DNA from: a virus
Taxonomy: Duplodnaviria > Caudoviricetes
Reading direction: 5' to 3' (one strand)
Length of the DNA stretch: 64,000 nucleotides
IMG/VR virus record: IMGVR_UViG_3300028602_002388
Location: 1,590 to 65,589 of that record
Below are positions 47,235-58,200 of the stretch, piece by piece. Each line of letters opens with the position of its first letter. Position 1 is the first letter of the stretch. The notes below the pieces were generated by a model. The model was given only the letters and a program-made list of their open reading frames with translations. It was not told the origin of the DNA and did no database searches. The position numbers and the translations under genes are program-made.

Positions 47235-48391
47235 CAATGAATGACAGTTTAATAGATCAAATGTTTGAAAGTGCGCTTGGAATAAGCAAGCCTAATGAAC
47301 AACAGACTGTGCAACAGACTGAACAACAGACTGAACAACAGACTGAACAACAGACTGTGCAACAGACTGAACAACAGACTGTGCAACAGACTGTGCAACA
47401 GACTGTGCAACAGACTGAACAACAGACTGAACAACAGACTGTTGTTAATAAAGAACCCATTAAGGGTGAGGATGTAAAAGAAAAGTCTGTAGAAAAATTG
47501 AAGGACAAAAAGGGAGAGGTTAGTTTTTTAGAGAGGAACTTTCCTAAAGAAGAAAACTTTAAGACTTTAGAAGAAGAAAATAAAAGGCTTAAAGAGGATT
47601 ATAATAAGTTACGTAATTCTATGTTAGGATTTGAAGAAGGTATTAATCCTGATTATCTTAGATTACATAAGATAGAAAAAGATAATCCAAAGCTGGCAAG
47701 TGTATATAAAAGGTTACTGTTAGGTAATCTTACGAGTAAGGAATATCTTATGATGTCTATGGTAATGAATGATCCTGACCTTGCTGAAGATAAAGAAATG
47801 CTTAACATGCTGTTGGAGGAGAAATATCCAGGTTTGTTTGACGAGTATTCTGAACCGGAATCAAAAGAATATAAGAAAAGCATGAAACTCTTTGAATATG
47901 ATGCGAAAAAGGCAGAACAAATGTTACGACAGGAGTTTGAGAAGATAGAAGTTCCTAAATTTAAAGATAATGATGTAAAAGATAAAACCAACAAGGTATT
48001 TGAAACATGGAGGGATTTTGATTTTTCTAATAAGGATTTAACGACAGTGAATGTTTCATTGTCGGGGGATAAAGAAGGGGAGACTGTTCCTTTCATGGAT
48101 ATTGAAATACCTGAAAAGGAAAGAGATAGGTATTTAAAGGCTGCGCTTGTCTATATGATTGAAAGAGGTATAGAGAATGGGAAGGATAGTGGAGATATGT
48201 TGAAAAAGTTAGTAACAGGGATGTGGATAGGTGAGAACCTAAACACATATAACCGACTTGTTATTGAACAGCGGATGAGGATGAGCGACCGTGAGTGGCG
48301 GAAGTTTATTCATCATCCTAAAGAACAGAAAACAAATATAAGCACTTCTGAAAAAGACCTTATCGAAACCATGTTTGATGAAATAAGGTAG
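47231..48391 (+). CDS. Putative capsid scaffolding protein with QQT(E/V) repeats
   Basis: Acidic, helical, lies between portal and capsid. Confidence 0.55.
   Translation: MTMNDSLIDQMFESALGISKPNEQQTVQQTEQQTEQQTEQQTVQQTEQQTVQQTVQQTVQQTEQQTEQQTVVNKEPIKGEDVKEKSVEKLKDKKGEVSFLERNFPKEENFKTLEEENKRLKEDYNKLRNSMLGFEEGINPDYLRLHKIEKDNPKLASVYKRLLLGNLTSKEYLMMSMVMNDPDLAEDKEMLNMLLEEKYPGLFDEYSEPESKEYKKSMKLFEYDAKKAEQMLRQEFEKIEVPKFKDNDVKDKTNKVFETWRDFDFSNKDLTTVNVSLSGDKEGETVPFMDIEIPEKERDRYLKAALVYMIERGIENGKDSGDMLKKLVTGMWIGENLNTYNRLVIEQRMRMSDREWRKFIHHPKEQKTNISTSEKDLIETMFDEIR
47297..47443 (+). repeat. 12-bp minisatellite x ~12 (QQTE/QQTV)
   Basis: Same unit as at 39019 and 63680. Confidence 0.95.
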
Positions 48392-48439
48392 TTGACAAAC
48401 AAATGTATTTTTAATTATTAACTAAAAATTTATTTCAAA

Positions 48440-49864
48440 ATGCCAATTTTAAGTAATGTAAATTATAATCAGGCTGCTACCGGCACTTATCCTCGTTCTG
48501 GGATATTAACAGAGCAGCTTGTCTCCTTATATGATATTGTAGAGGAGAAACATATGCCTCAACTTATTTCCCGTTACGGTAAACAACATGCAAACTTTAT
48601 GATGTTGTTTCGTTCAATGGGGCGTGAAGAGCCTATTACTGCTACAGAGTACACGGCTCATGAGGAAAACCGTATTCATGCGAGCATAAAAGTTAAGAAT
48701 GATGCTACGCAAAATACTGAAAAAGCATCAGTAGATGTTGTTAATGATGCAGACTATATGTATGCTCGTGTTGGGGATATAATAACATTGCCACGTTATA
48801 CAGGGGCAACAAATTGGGGCAAGCAAGCCATCGTTACCGCTATTGATGCGGCTAATAAGAAAATAACGATGAAGCCGGTAACGGATTATGCCTTTAAAAC
48901 TATACCGGCCGGAACAATACTTGCTATAACAAACGGAGCGTTTGGTGCAGGTACAGGACAACCTCCAGGTACAATTGTCGGCGTTACTCCGAGACAGTTT
49001 CAGGCTCAAATCTTTAAGGAATCTGTTGGCCTTCAAGGATCTGAGTTTGTGAAAGAAAAATGGTTTAAAGTTATTGATGATGGGCGATCATTGCCAAAAT
49101 GGTACACTACTGGGCTTGGTCGTGCTGAATATCTGTTAAGTCTTAAGATGGATGGTGCATTTACAATGGGAGATCATAACCATTCAGGCTTGACAACGAT
49201 CGCTAATGACGGATCAACCGTTGAGGTGATGACCACAAAAGGGATGATTCCCTGGATCCAAGAATTAGGTACAACGGCAGATGTAGATGGCGGCTTTAGC
49301 AAAGATGTACTAAATGAGACAGCCTTATATATGAAACGTCAAGGGGTCGAATCAGGATTAGCCCTGTGTATATTAGGGGATAGACTTATGCAATCTGTGG
49401 AAGGTGAAATTTTAGATAATTTGGAAAACACAGGCGTTGATTATACAAAGGTGGAGAATACTGTGTTTAGAGGTAATCGTGAACTTTCAATATCATGGAA
49501 TTTCAAGGTTATTACCACAGGAGGGATGACAACAATATTTCATGTCCACGATAACTGGAGTAACCCTGTTGGGTTCGATAGCGCCGACCTTGAGTTGTCG
49601 GAATGTGGTATCATGCTCCCGCTTACAAATGTTAAAGACCCTAAAACAGGTATTCAAATGCCTAACGTCGGATTAAAATATCTGGCCAAAGACGGATATT
49701 CAAGACGTATGGAAACATGGTCGGTGAAAGGCGCTGGAGGCGGTCTTTATGTAAGCGATGTTGATAGAGCAGATTTCTATTTGAGAGCGCACTATATGTT
49801 TACATTTGTAAAAGCTAACCAGGCAATATTTTTATCACCTGGCGTTGGTGGTTCATTAAGTTAA
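48440..49864 (+). CDS. Major capsid protein
   Basis: 474 aa after the scaffold; QIFKESV and TTKGMIPWI HK97-fold-type motifs; followed by a strong terminator. Confidence 0.75.
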   Translation: MPILSNVNYNQAATGTYPRSGILTEQLVSLYDIVEEKHMPQLISRYGKQHANFMMLFRSMGREEPITATEYTAHEENRIHASIKVKNDATQNTEKASVDVVNDADYMYARVGDIITLPRYTGATNWGKQAIVTAIDAANKKITMKPVTDYAFKTIPAGTILAITNGAFGAGTGQPPGTIVGVTPRQFQAQIFKESVGLQGSEFVKEKWFKVIDDGRSLPKWYTTGLGRAEYLLSLKMDGAFTMGDHNHSGLTTIANDGSTVEVMTTKGMIPWIQELGTTADVDGGFSKDVLNETALYMKRQGVESGLALCILGDRLMQSVEGEILDNLENTGVDYTKVENTVFRGNRELSISWNFKVITTGGMTTIFHVHDNWSNPVGFDSADLELSECGIMLPLTNVKDPKTGIQMPNVGLKYLAKDGYSRRMETWSVKGAGGGLYVSDVDRADFYLRAHYMFTFVKANQAIFLSPGVGGSLS

Positions 49865-49871
49865 TGGTAAT

Positions 49872-49904
49872 AAGAGGAGGAAATTCCTCCTCTTAATTTT
49901 TTTT
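49872..49904 (+). terminator. Intrinsic terminator after the capsid gene
   Basis: aagaggagg-aaatt-cctcctctt followed by a T run. Confidence 0.75.
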
Positions 49905-49926
49905 ATTAATTAAATATTAAAAGTAC

Positions 49927-51033
49927 ATGTTATTAATCAATGATGTTAAGCTCTCTATGTTACCAAAGAATGATAAGTTTGTTATCATTTATGATAACGT
50001 TAGACGGGCAATGATGGAGCAGTATGGGAAGACCATTGTGTTGGATTTCCCGCCGGACAAAATAAAAAGTGTTTACACTGCAAATGCAGGTATGCTCATG
50101 GAGACACCTGCGGGGTATCTTCAAAAAGCGTACAAGAGGTATGTTACAGCAAGGGAAGAATATGAGGTTAGGTATTATGTAAGCCAGAGGCAGGCCAGAA
50201 ATGGTGTTGTAAGATATAATCCTGTTTATATCAACTTTAATGGCAAAATGCCTTTGGACATCAAATCACAGTTTGATCTTATCTTTTTTATGCTTTTCGT
50301 GTCTCCTATGTGTGGAGAACTTGGTGAAGGGCTAAGGGAGTATCAAAATCTTCAAAGGGGGGATATTGTTCATTATGTGTTGTATGATGAGGCCAAAGAA
50401 GCCACTGATGAAATAAATCTTGTAAGATTGACATCAGAAATCGAGGCGTTAATCACGTCTGACACTATTGGTCTTTCACACAATATGTTGCGGCAATTTG
50501 CTATCGGGTACGGTCTTATTGATCCGTTTAAAGAGGTACATGTTGATACGATAAGAAAATTGTTGTTGAGCTATCTTCTTGTTAGAGATAGCGCAGGGCG
50601 TATAGATTCTAAGAGGGTACTTGCCTTTAAAAATGATTATAAAGCTGAAGATCGTCTGAAGATCAGGCAACTGATTAAAGAGGCAATAAGTACTAATATA
50701 GTGGCTGTAAAGCGTCAAGGCACAGAACGACACTGGTGTCTGCTTACAAAAGATGGGAACATCCGCAATAATTTGGTGGTATGTAACTATTATCAGAATC
50801 ATGAAAACACGCTTGAGGATTATTTGATGAATGAAGATAATAGCGTAGTGAAAGAAGAAATAGCAAGCCTTGTAGAGATGAAAAAAAATGTAATGGATAT
50901 TGCTTTAGATATTGAGCTTGATAGATCTTCTTTTGATATGGAGTTTATGCTTGAAGATGCAAATGTAAAAAGTAAAGATACAAAAAAGCCTGAAGTTAAG
51001 AAACGAAGGGCTAAGACTGTAGAAAAAAAATAG
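49927..51033 (+). CDS. Hypothetical virion-module protein
   Basis: 368-aa ORF. Confidence 0.55.
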   Translation: MLLINDVKLSMLPKNDKFVIIYDNVRRAMMEQYGKTIVLDFPPDKIKSVYTANAGMLMETPAGYLQKAYKRYVTAREEYEVRYYVSQRQARNGVVRYNPVYINFNGKMPLDIKSQFDLIFFMLFVSPMCGELGEGLREYQNLQRGDIVHYVLYDEAKEATDEINLVRLTSEIEALITSDTIGLSHNMLRQFAIGYGLIDPFKEVHVDTIRKLLLSYLLVRDSAGRIDSKRVLAFKNDYKAEDRLKIRQLIKEAISTNIVAVKRQGTERHWCLLTKDGNIRNNLVVCNYYQNHENTLEDYLMNEDNSVVKEEIASLVEMKKNVMDIALDIELDRSSFDMEFMLEDANVKSKDTKKPEVKKRRAKTVEKK

Positions 51034-51057
51034 TTAATAATAAATAATTAATGAGAT

Positions 51058-52491
51058 ATGGCAACACCGCCTATTATGGTAACACAAGGGGAGCTGGGTA
51101 GTTTGCTCCGTTTTCGTATAGTCTTTGATGAACTGCAACAGAGACTTTTATTTGAGGATTTGTCGCAAGGGCTATACGATAGTCATGGATATTCTGACGT
51201 TAAAGGTCTATTGTGGATAAATCATTCTGTACAAGGATTAATTTATATAAATGATGGTTACAATGTAAATTCTTTTGTTGCCCCTGACACCTCTGAAGAT
51301 GATAGGGTAAAAAGCATACCGCTTGCTGTTATATACAAAGGGCAGTATGTGATAAATTACAAAGTCCAACATGGGGATAAAATTTCTCTTTCTTCAAAGA
51401 GTTATGCTTTTAATTTGCTATCTCCTTCTTTGAACCTTGATAAAAGCGTTAATTATGACATATCCGTTTTAAATATAGAGGACATTTCTAATTATCAAGT
51501 AAGTAGCGAATTGCAGGTGGGGGGAGGTAAAGTGATATTGCCGGCAATGATAAAACGAGCTTTGACCGTACAACCTCCGTTGGGTGTTCCAATGGCTATT
51601 TACTATAATGAGGATGCACCGCAAAAGGTGGTAATAGGACCGCCTATATATACACATCGTTATCAGATAGAACTTGCCTCAACGCTTGTCTATCAGTTAG
51701 AAAAATGGGATAATAATTATTGGGTGGAATGGAAATTTGTAAGCAAGCATTATGATTATGTAGATGTTGAATTTGAGTCTGATTGTATTAGCGGTTGCAT
51801 TGCATGTATCTATCAACTTTCTGAAAGGCTTATTGAAGCAAGAGGAAGAAGCCATAGAGAGGCTGATTACTATGAACGATTGGTGTATGATATAACTTTT
51901 TATTATGGTCTTTATCAGATGTACAAGCAGGCAGGTTTAGACACAGGTTATGCTTGTGAAAAGATAATGACTATATTAAAAAAAGAGTGTACGTTATGGA
52001 CTGAAAAGCCTAATGTGCCTCAAAAAATAGAGCCTATCTATGATATTGGTGAAGGAACACCTGTACCAGGTACACCTGGCACAAAATGGTATTCAGGAAC
52101 AGGAACGCCATCCGACTTGCTTGGGGATAATGGTGATTTTTATTTACAAACTATTAATGGTCATGTTTATAAAAAGGATGGTGGGACGTGGATACTATTG
52201 ATGATCCTTTCCCTTAAAGGTAAACGGATTGTAAAGATTGTAACGAGTAATTATACCATGTCGGCGGTGGATGATACTATTTTTGTGCGAAGCGGCAATA
52301 CGCCTGTTTCTATTATTTTGCCTGTTGGCGAGGAGGGGGATAGTTATACTATTGTTGCTGATTGGATGATATCGCAGATTAGTGTGATGCCGCAAAGTGG
52401 TACGATAGAAAAGAAGTCGGTTTATGACTTTGGTACAGAAGGTGATTCGATAACTGTTGTTTTTCAAAACACAAATTGGAAAATAATATAA
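51058..52491 (+). CDS. Structural protein with phage fibre-type motif
   Basis: GTPGTKWYSGTGTPSDLLGDNGDFYL motif. Confidence 0.5.
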   Translation: MATPPIMVTQGELGSLLRFRIVFDELQQRLLFEDLSQGLYDSHGYSDVKGLLWINHSVQGLIYINDGYNVNSFVAPDTSEDDRVKSIPLAVIYKGQYVINYKVQHGDKISLSSKSYAFNLLSPSLNLDKSVNYDISVLNIEDISNYQVSSELQVGGGKVILPAMIKRALTVQPPLGVPMAIYYNEDAPQKVVIGPPIYTHRYQIELASTLVYQLEKWDNNYWVEWKFVSKHYDYVDVEFESDCISGCIACIYQLSERLIEARGRSHREADYYERLVYDITFYYGLYQMYKQAGLDTGYACEKIMTILKKECTLWTEKPNVPQKIEPIYDIGEGTPVPGTPGTKWYSGTGTPSDLLGDNGDFYLQTINGHVYKKDGGTWILLMILSLKGKRIVKIVTSNYTMSAVDDTIFVRSGNTPVSIILPVGEEGDSYTIVADWMISQISVMPQSGTIEKKSVYDFGTEGDSITVVFQNTNWKII

Positions 52492-52492
52492 T

Positions 52493-53182
52493 ATGACACT
52501 GCTGGAGATAATAAATATAATAAATTTTATTGTTGGCGATCGTAGTCCTGATATTGGCTTTACACCAAAGAGATTTGGTCAAATGCTTCATATAGCAAGC
52601 CTGAAACATTATAAACGTAAATTAGGGTTACCTGAAGAATATCAGCCAGGTATGCCATTGCCAAGACAGGCGTTTGATATTACCCAGAAGATTACGGAGG
52701 ATATGAGGGGTTTTAAGATTGAGTTAAGCGGTAATAATATGTTAAAATTTTACAATGGTAAAGCTGCCTATCCAGATAGGTATTATTATCCTTCATCAAT
52801 GAGTGCTGTGCGTGAAGATGGGGGAATGAAGAAGGTTACTTTTGTGACAGATCAGCGAATGGATGAGATGATGGGAAACTATGTAGATATTCCAAGTTAT
52901 GAGTATCCTGTAGCTACATTTCAAAATGATTATATACAAATAGCGCCTGAAAGTATAACAAAAGCTAAGTTTGTTTATTTAAGGTTGCCTGAAAAACCTG
53001 TTTATTCTGTTAAAGTAATAAACGGAGTAAGTGTTTATGATAGTCAAAATAGCACCCAACTTGAATGGGACGAGGTGAATCAAATAGATATAATGGCTAT
53101 CTTATTATCAGATTTAGGAATTTCATTGAGGCGTGAAGATGTAATGCAGGTTGCGGAAAAGCATAAAATACAGGGAATATGA
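52493..53182 (+). CDS. Tail ring/adaptor-like protein
   Basis: YLRLPEKPVY...LEWDE; paralogous to the next gene. Confidence 0.5.
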   Translation: MTLLEIINIINFIVGDRSPDIGFTPKRFGQMLHIASLKHYKRKLGLPEEYQPGMPLPRQAFDITQKITEDMRGFKIELSGNNMLKFYNGKAAYPDRYYYPSSMSAVREDGGMKKVTFVTDQRMDEMMGNYVDIPSYEYPVATFQNDYIQIAPESITKAKFVYLRLPEKPVYSVKVINGVSVYDSQNSTQLEWDEVNQIDIMAILLSDLGISLRREDVMQVAEKHKIQGI

Positions 53183-53943
53183 TTACACATGAGGAAATAA
53201 TTAATTATTGTAACTATCTGATAACAAAGGATCAAATTGGTGATCCAATATCTCCTATTGAGTACAGTTCAATAATATCAATAGTTAATATTGAGGTGTT
53301 TAATAGAGAGAAAAAACGTTTAATTGAACTTTCTATGGGAGACCATTATAAGTTCATTGAGTTATTGAGAGACAGTTATTTACAAGATACAAAGAGGACT
53401 CTTACTGTTGAAACGGAATTAAGAGAATTGACTCTGGATAAAAATGTTGATATGTTGCTTACTTGTACTGCTTTTTGTAATGGAGCGATTAAGAAGGTCT
53501 CAATTGTGTCTGAAGGCAAAGCATCAGATATGGATAGCGGGCTTTGGGATAGTGAAGATGTTCCTTATGTTTATACTATCGGTAATGTTTTATATTTTTC
53601 ACAAAAAGTAAGTCAGATAAAGATTATTTATTTAAGGTTGCCTGAAAAACCTATTTATGATTATTTTATAACCTCTGATGAATTTTTACATTATTATTTA
53701 CCTCCAGATTATAAGGTTGTTCTACAAAATGGGCAATATAATGTATTATCAGGGGCTGGCAAAATGTATTTTACAAATATTGAACATCCTAAAATAGATG
53801 GTTATATTTCTAAGTCAATTGAATTTGGCTGGAAGGAATCAATGTTAGACATTGTTGTTAATCTAATATTTGAAAAGATGGGTATATCTATGCGTGAAAG
53901 TATTCCGATACAAATAGCGCAAACTAAGAAACAAGATGTATGA
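53179..53943 (+). CDS. Tail ring/adaptor-like protein (paralogue)
   Basis: YLRLPEKPIY...IEFGW. Confidence 0.5.
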   Translation: MITHEEIINYCNYLITKDQIGDPISPIEYSSIISIVNIEVFNREKKRLIELSMGDHYKFIELLRDSYLQDTKRTLTVETELRELTLDKNVDMLLTCTAFCNGAIKKVSIVSEGKASDMDSGLWDSEDVPYVYTIGNVLYFSQKVSQIKIIYLRLPEKPIYDYFITSDEFLHYYLPPDYKVVLQNGQYNVLSGAGKMYFTNIEHPKIDGYISKSIEFGWKESMLDIVVNLIFEKMGISMRESIPIQIAQTKKQDV

Positions 53944-54521
53944 AAAAGAAAGAGTTTACAGAGCTAATAAGATTATCTTTAATTAAGGACGTCAATCCAT
54001 TGGTGGTTGACAAGTATGTATCTATGGCTTATGATAGTTATGTTCAAGGGTATTGGATGAGTATTAAAGGAGGCTCTTTAGACGTTTTTACAAAACTTTT
54101 TGAGGGTGTTGAAATAAGAAATGAGGGTAAGCAATATTATTCCGATTTGCCGGCCTCATTGATAGATCTTCCCAGAACAGGTGGTGGAGTGATGAATATT
54201 CATATGATTGGAAGCATGGATTTAACCTTCGTTCCTGTTACAATAGTTGGGCATCAGTCTCTTAATGAGCTTGAGGTATATAAACTTACGGGGCCTGTTC
54301 CATTTGTAGTAACAAAGGAAAAGGTCTATTATAAAAGTATAATGTATGGAATAGATAAAGTGAACATGCATTTGCTTATCAAATATGAAGAATATTTACC
54401 TGATGATAATATTGTGTTTCCCCCAAATTCCGAGATGGCGATAAGGGATATTGTATGGCAGTTTTTAAATCAAATGCCACCGGAAGATAAGGTAATTGAT
54501 AGTAATGAAAAAACTAATTGA
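53940..54521 (+). CDS. Tail ring-like structural protein
   Basis: 193 aa, coupled within the tail operon. Confidence 0.45.
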   Translation: MKKKEFTELIRLSLIKDVNPLVVDKYVSMAYDSYVQGYWMSIKGGSLDVFTKLFEGVEIRNEGKQYYSDLPASLIDLPRTGGGVMNIHMIGSMDLTFVPVTIVGHQSLNELEVYKLTGPVPFVVTKEKVYYKSIMYGIDKVNMHLLIKYEEYLPDDNIVFPPNSEMAIRDIVWQFLNQMPPEDKVIDSNEKTN

Positions 54522-54531
54522 TAATTGATAA

Positions 54532-55257
54532 TTGTTAATTGATAAGATGGACACACACGGATTGGTAAAAATAGATCATGTAGTTCTTTCATTTTTGAAT
54601 GAGAGGAATGAAGGGTTTGAAAATTACATGCGTTACAAGCAGATAGTTATTGAGGGTTTGACGCAAGAGTTAGGTGTTTCTCATTCGGAAGGAACAAAGA
54701 TTTATTATTCTGTTGTTAATGAGGTAAATAATGTTTATTTACCTGCTGATTACATAACTTATTCAAGGATAGGTATTGTTATCAATGGTCAGATACATAC
54801 ATTAACACGTAATGACAGGCTTGTCATGCCTGAAAAGGTTGTGTGTGGTGTTGAGGAGGTTAATAGAGACCTTTTGGAGAAGCTTAATTTACCTTTAAAG
54901 TTGAACTATGCTAAAGGTGGTGGGTATAATGTTGGAGAATTTAGAGTTGATGATCGGGAGCGTGTAATACGTTTCAGGGGTGCGCTTGCAGGCAAGTTAG
55001 TTGTGGTTGAATATAAAAGTTCAGGCATCTCTCTTGATTCACAGACATTTATCCCTGTAATGATGATACCTACTTTGAAAGAATATTTAGAATATACTCT
55101 TATAAAAAGAGATAGGGATGTGCCTGAAGTAAAGGTTGAACGTTGTCGTCGTCAGTATTTGGAGGCTAAGCGGCAATACATTAAAAGGAAAAATCCTTTT
55201 AATATTTATGATATATTAGATGTTATTAATCAAGGAAGGTCGCAGGGGGTGAAATGA
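54532..55257 (+). CDS. Tail ring-like structural protein; target of CRISPR spacer 1
   Basis: VYLPADYITYSRIG motif; start may be the ATG at 54547. Confidence 0.5.
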   Translation: MLIDKMDTHGLVKIDHVVLSFLNERNEGFENYMRYKQIVIEGLTQELGVSHSEGTKIYYSVVNEVNNVYLPADYITYSRIGIVINGQIHTLTRNDRLVMPEKVVCGVEEVNRDLLEKLNLPLKLNYAKGGGYNVGEFRVDDRERVIRFRGALAGKLVVVEYKSSGISLDSQTFIPVMMIPTLKEYLEYTLIKRDRDVPEVKVERCRRQYLEAKRQYIKRKNPFNIYDILDVINQGRSQGVK

Positions 55258-58200
55258 TAGAGGATGTTAGAAATATGCTTTATATAGATCAGGATTCTGA
55301 TCTTCAGCGTCTATCGGCTGAAGCATGTGTAAGAAAGGTAAATATGCGTTCGCACGGATTAGGTAAAATGGGCGTTAATGAGGTTATTTACGGCACTAAG
55401 TCTATTCAGCAGTTAAGTGGCCGAATAGCAGGATGGTGTCAGGACACTAAGAATAAGGCAATAATTATCTTTGTTGAAAGTCAGTTAGGCGCTAAAAATA
55501 TTTATAGATATTTTGTTGAGTCGTCAGAGGTACAATTTATCTATGGCAATATCTTCCTGGATTTCAACGGTAACGTTGATGCGGACATTGTTGATGATAT
55601 GTTATATTGGACTGGTGGCGTACCGATGAAACTTAATGTTGAAAAGGCATTGAATATTGGTAATGAAACAATTGCCCCATTGTACAAGTATATAAATCTG
55701 AATCGGGACATGCTTACTGTTATAAAACAGCCTCCGCTTATGCCTTTGCGTGTAGAGTATGAAGATGATTTAACGGTTAATAGAAATCATATTAGAGGAT
55801 CTTTGTATCAATTTCGTTATCAGTATGTGTATGATGATGGAGAGGAGAGTGTATGGTCACCAATTAGCGATGTGCCGATCCCTGAAGGTGAGAGTACTGC
55901 GAATGGCCATTATGTAAAGGAGGAGAATAAGGATAATCGGATTAAGCTTACATATGAAGAGGGGAACAGTTTAGTAACAAAAATAAATTTTGCTTATCGT
56001 CGTCTGAATACAGGCGTATGGTCTTTGTTTAAAACAATAGACAAATACGATACTGATGGTCAATTAATAAATATTGAAGGATATGTTTATTTCTACGGTA
56101 ATGAAGTTACATATCCTTTAGATCAAAAAGAGGTTGCGAGGCTTTATCATAATGTTCCGTTATTTGTTAAGCATCAAAGGTTTATTAACGGAACAAATCT
56201 TGTCTATGCAAATTATAATGAAGGATATGGTAATCATGATGTTAGTTTAAGACTAACATTGAATTACAAAGATATAACAACTAATGTTGACAGCCTAAAT
56301 ATTGCATTTACTACACATACGGATATTGTTAATGTTTGGGTTATTACATTTAAGTTATGGGATTACGATTCTGGCGCTTGGATTGAATATGTTGCCGGTG
56401 ATCAGATAATATGTAAACTGTATCAGTTTGATGTAATGAATCCAATTGTTGATTTTACATATACCTGTGTTGGTGGTGAGAGTTATGAGGATATTATGAA
56501 TTTGATACAGAATGAATTATATTCTTACTTTAAGATTGAGAGGTATTTTTATAATGATGGGTTAAGTTATGTTATTGCAAGTCCTCTTAGTCAATGGGCG
56601 TATTATATAGAGAAGTTGCATATTCATCTCTTTAGAAATAGTCAATATACTTCTTGTGTAGAGAAAGTTACTCCGATGAATGTTACTCCTTCTTATCCTG
56701 ATGAATTTAAGGTTGTTGTTCTTCCTATTGGTGATTATGAGTTTAATGCTGGGGATGTAGGGGCGTTATCTTTAGAATATTGGGATGGTACAAATAATGT
56801 AAAGGCTGATTATTTGTATAATTTCATTCAGAGTTCAAATAATTTGACTTTGATAGAGGCTATAATAACATATTATGATAATATTTTTGGTGTAGGTAAA
56901 TTTCTAAAACTTGGTAATGTTATCATAATAAAGAATGACATCTACATAACTTATACTAATGATTATTTAACAGGATTAAGGGCTAAGGTTTTAAGTCGCA
57001 TTTCGGGCGTTTGTAGCACGTTTAAATCTGGGGCTAATGTTGAGGTCGGTATTGTTTATTACGATCAATATGGGCGTTCTGGTGGCGTACAGGGTACAAA
57101 TAAAATTTATGTTAAAACTATTTCTGAAATTAAACCTGCACAAAATATAAATTGGCTTACAAGAAATACAATTACTGTAAATATTGAAGGTAATGCTCCT
57201 TCATGGGCTAAGTTTTATCAATTAGTTGTCTCGCCTAAGCGTAGAGGTTTTTTCCAATATCTTGTTGATCGTTTTGAGACAAGTGATGACGCCAGATATG
57301 TTTATATAAGACTTAACGATGCCATTCTTGATGGTATCTCTTTAAACAGCAAATTGATTTACGGATATTATACTTTTAATAGGGATGATAGAGTACGAAT
57401 ATGTTATGTTTTAGATGGGGATAAGTTTAAGACGACGGATGGCGTTGTGGACATGCAAATACTTGATGTGGGTTATGAAAGTGGAGCGCAATCGTACATT
57501 AAGGATGACGCTGGTGATGATAGTGCTTATATCATTGATGAACACGGCAACAAGATACGTAAGCGTTCAGCCGAATATCTTGTTGTTAAGTATTTTGATT
57601 ATCAACGTCATGGATTAGGGTATAATAAGAGTGTTATTGAGGTTTATACACCAGAGATGAAGGATGATGAAAATAATGTATTTTTTGAGGTAGGCGACAG
57701 GTACGCAGTTATTAATAGCCAGCACAGTCAAAATGAGGTAGAGGTTAACTGTGGGGATGTTTATGTTAGAAGGAGATTGCGGAGAATTGATGATTTTGTA
57801 TGTGAAGATAGTAATTTTTCAGATATTTATTTAAGTGATGCATGGGGCAAAGGGCGTGCTAATATTGAGCTTAAAACTGCTGAAAACAAATGGTATGAAA
57901 GTAATATTAAGCATTCAAAAAGGTATGTTAAAGGAGGTGTTAATGGTCTTTCAGATTGGGACACAAACAGTATAGTGTTAAGCAGCAGGCATGGAGAAAT
58001 AACGGGGTTGGCGGAATCTGGAATAGTGTTAAAGGTAAATCAAGAACGTAAAAGCACATCTATTTATATAGGTCGAACAGTATTTAGCCAAGCAGACGGG
58101 CGAGAAGGTTATGTAGGTATTTCAGATAAATTGCTGGGTACGATAATGCCAAGTCAATTGACGTTTGGAACTATGTTTCCAAATTCAATAGCTACAATAG

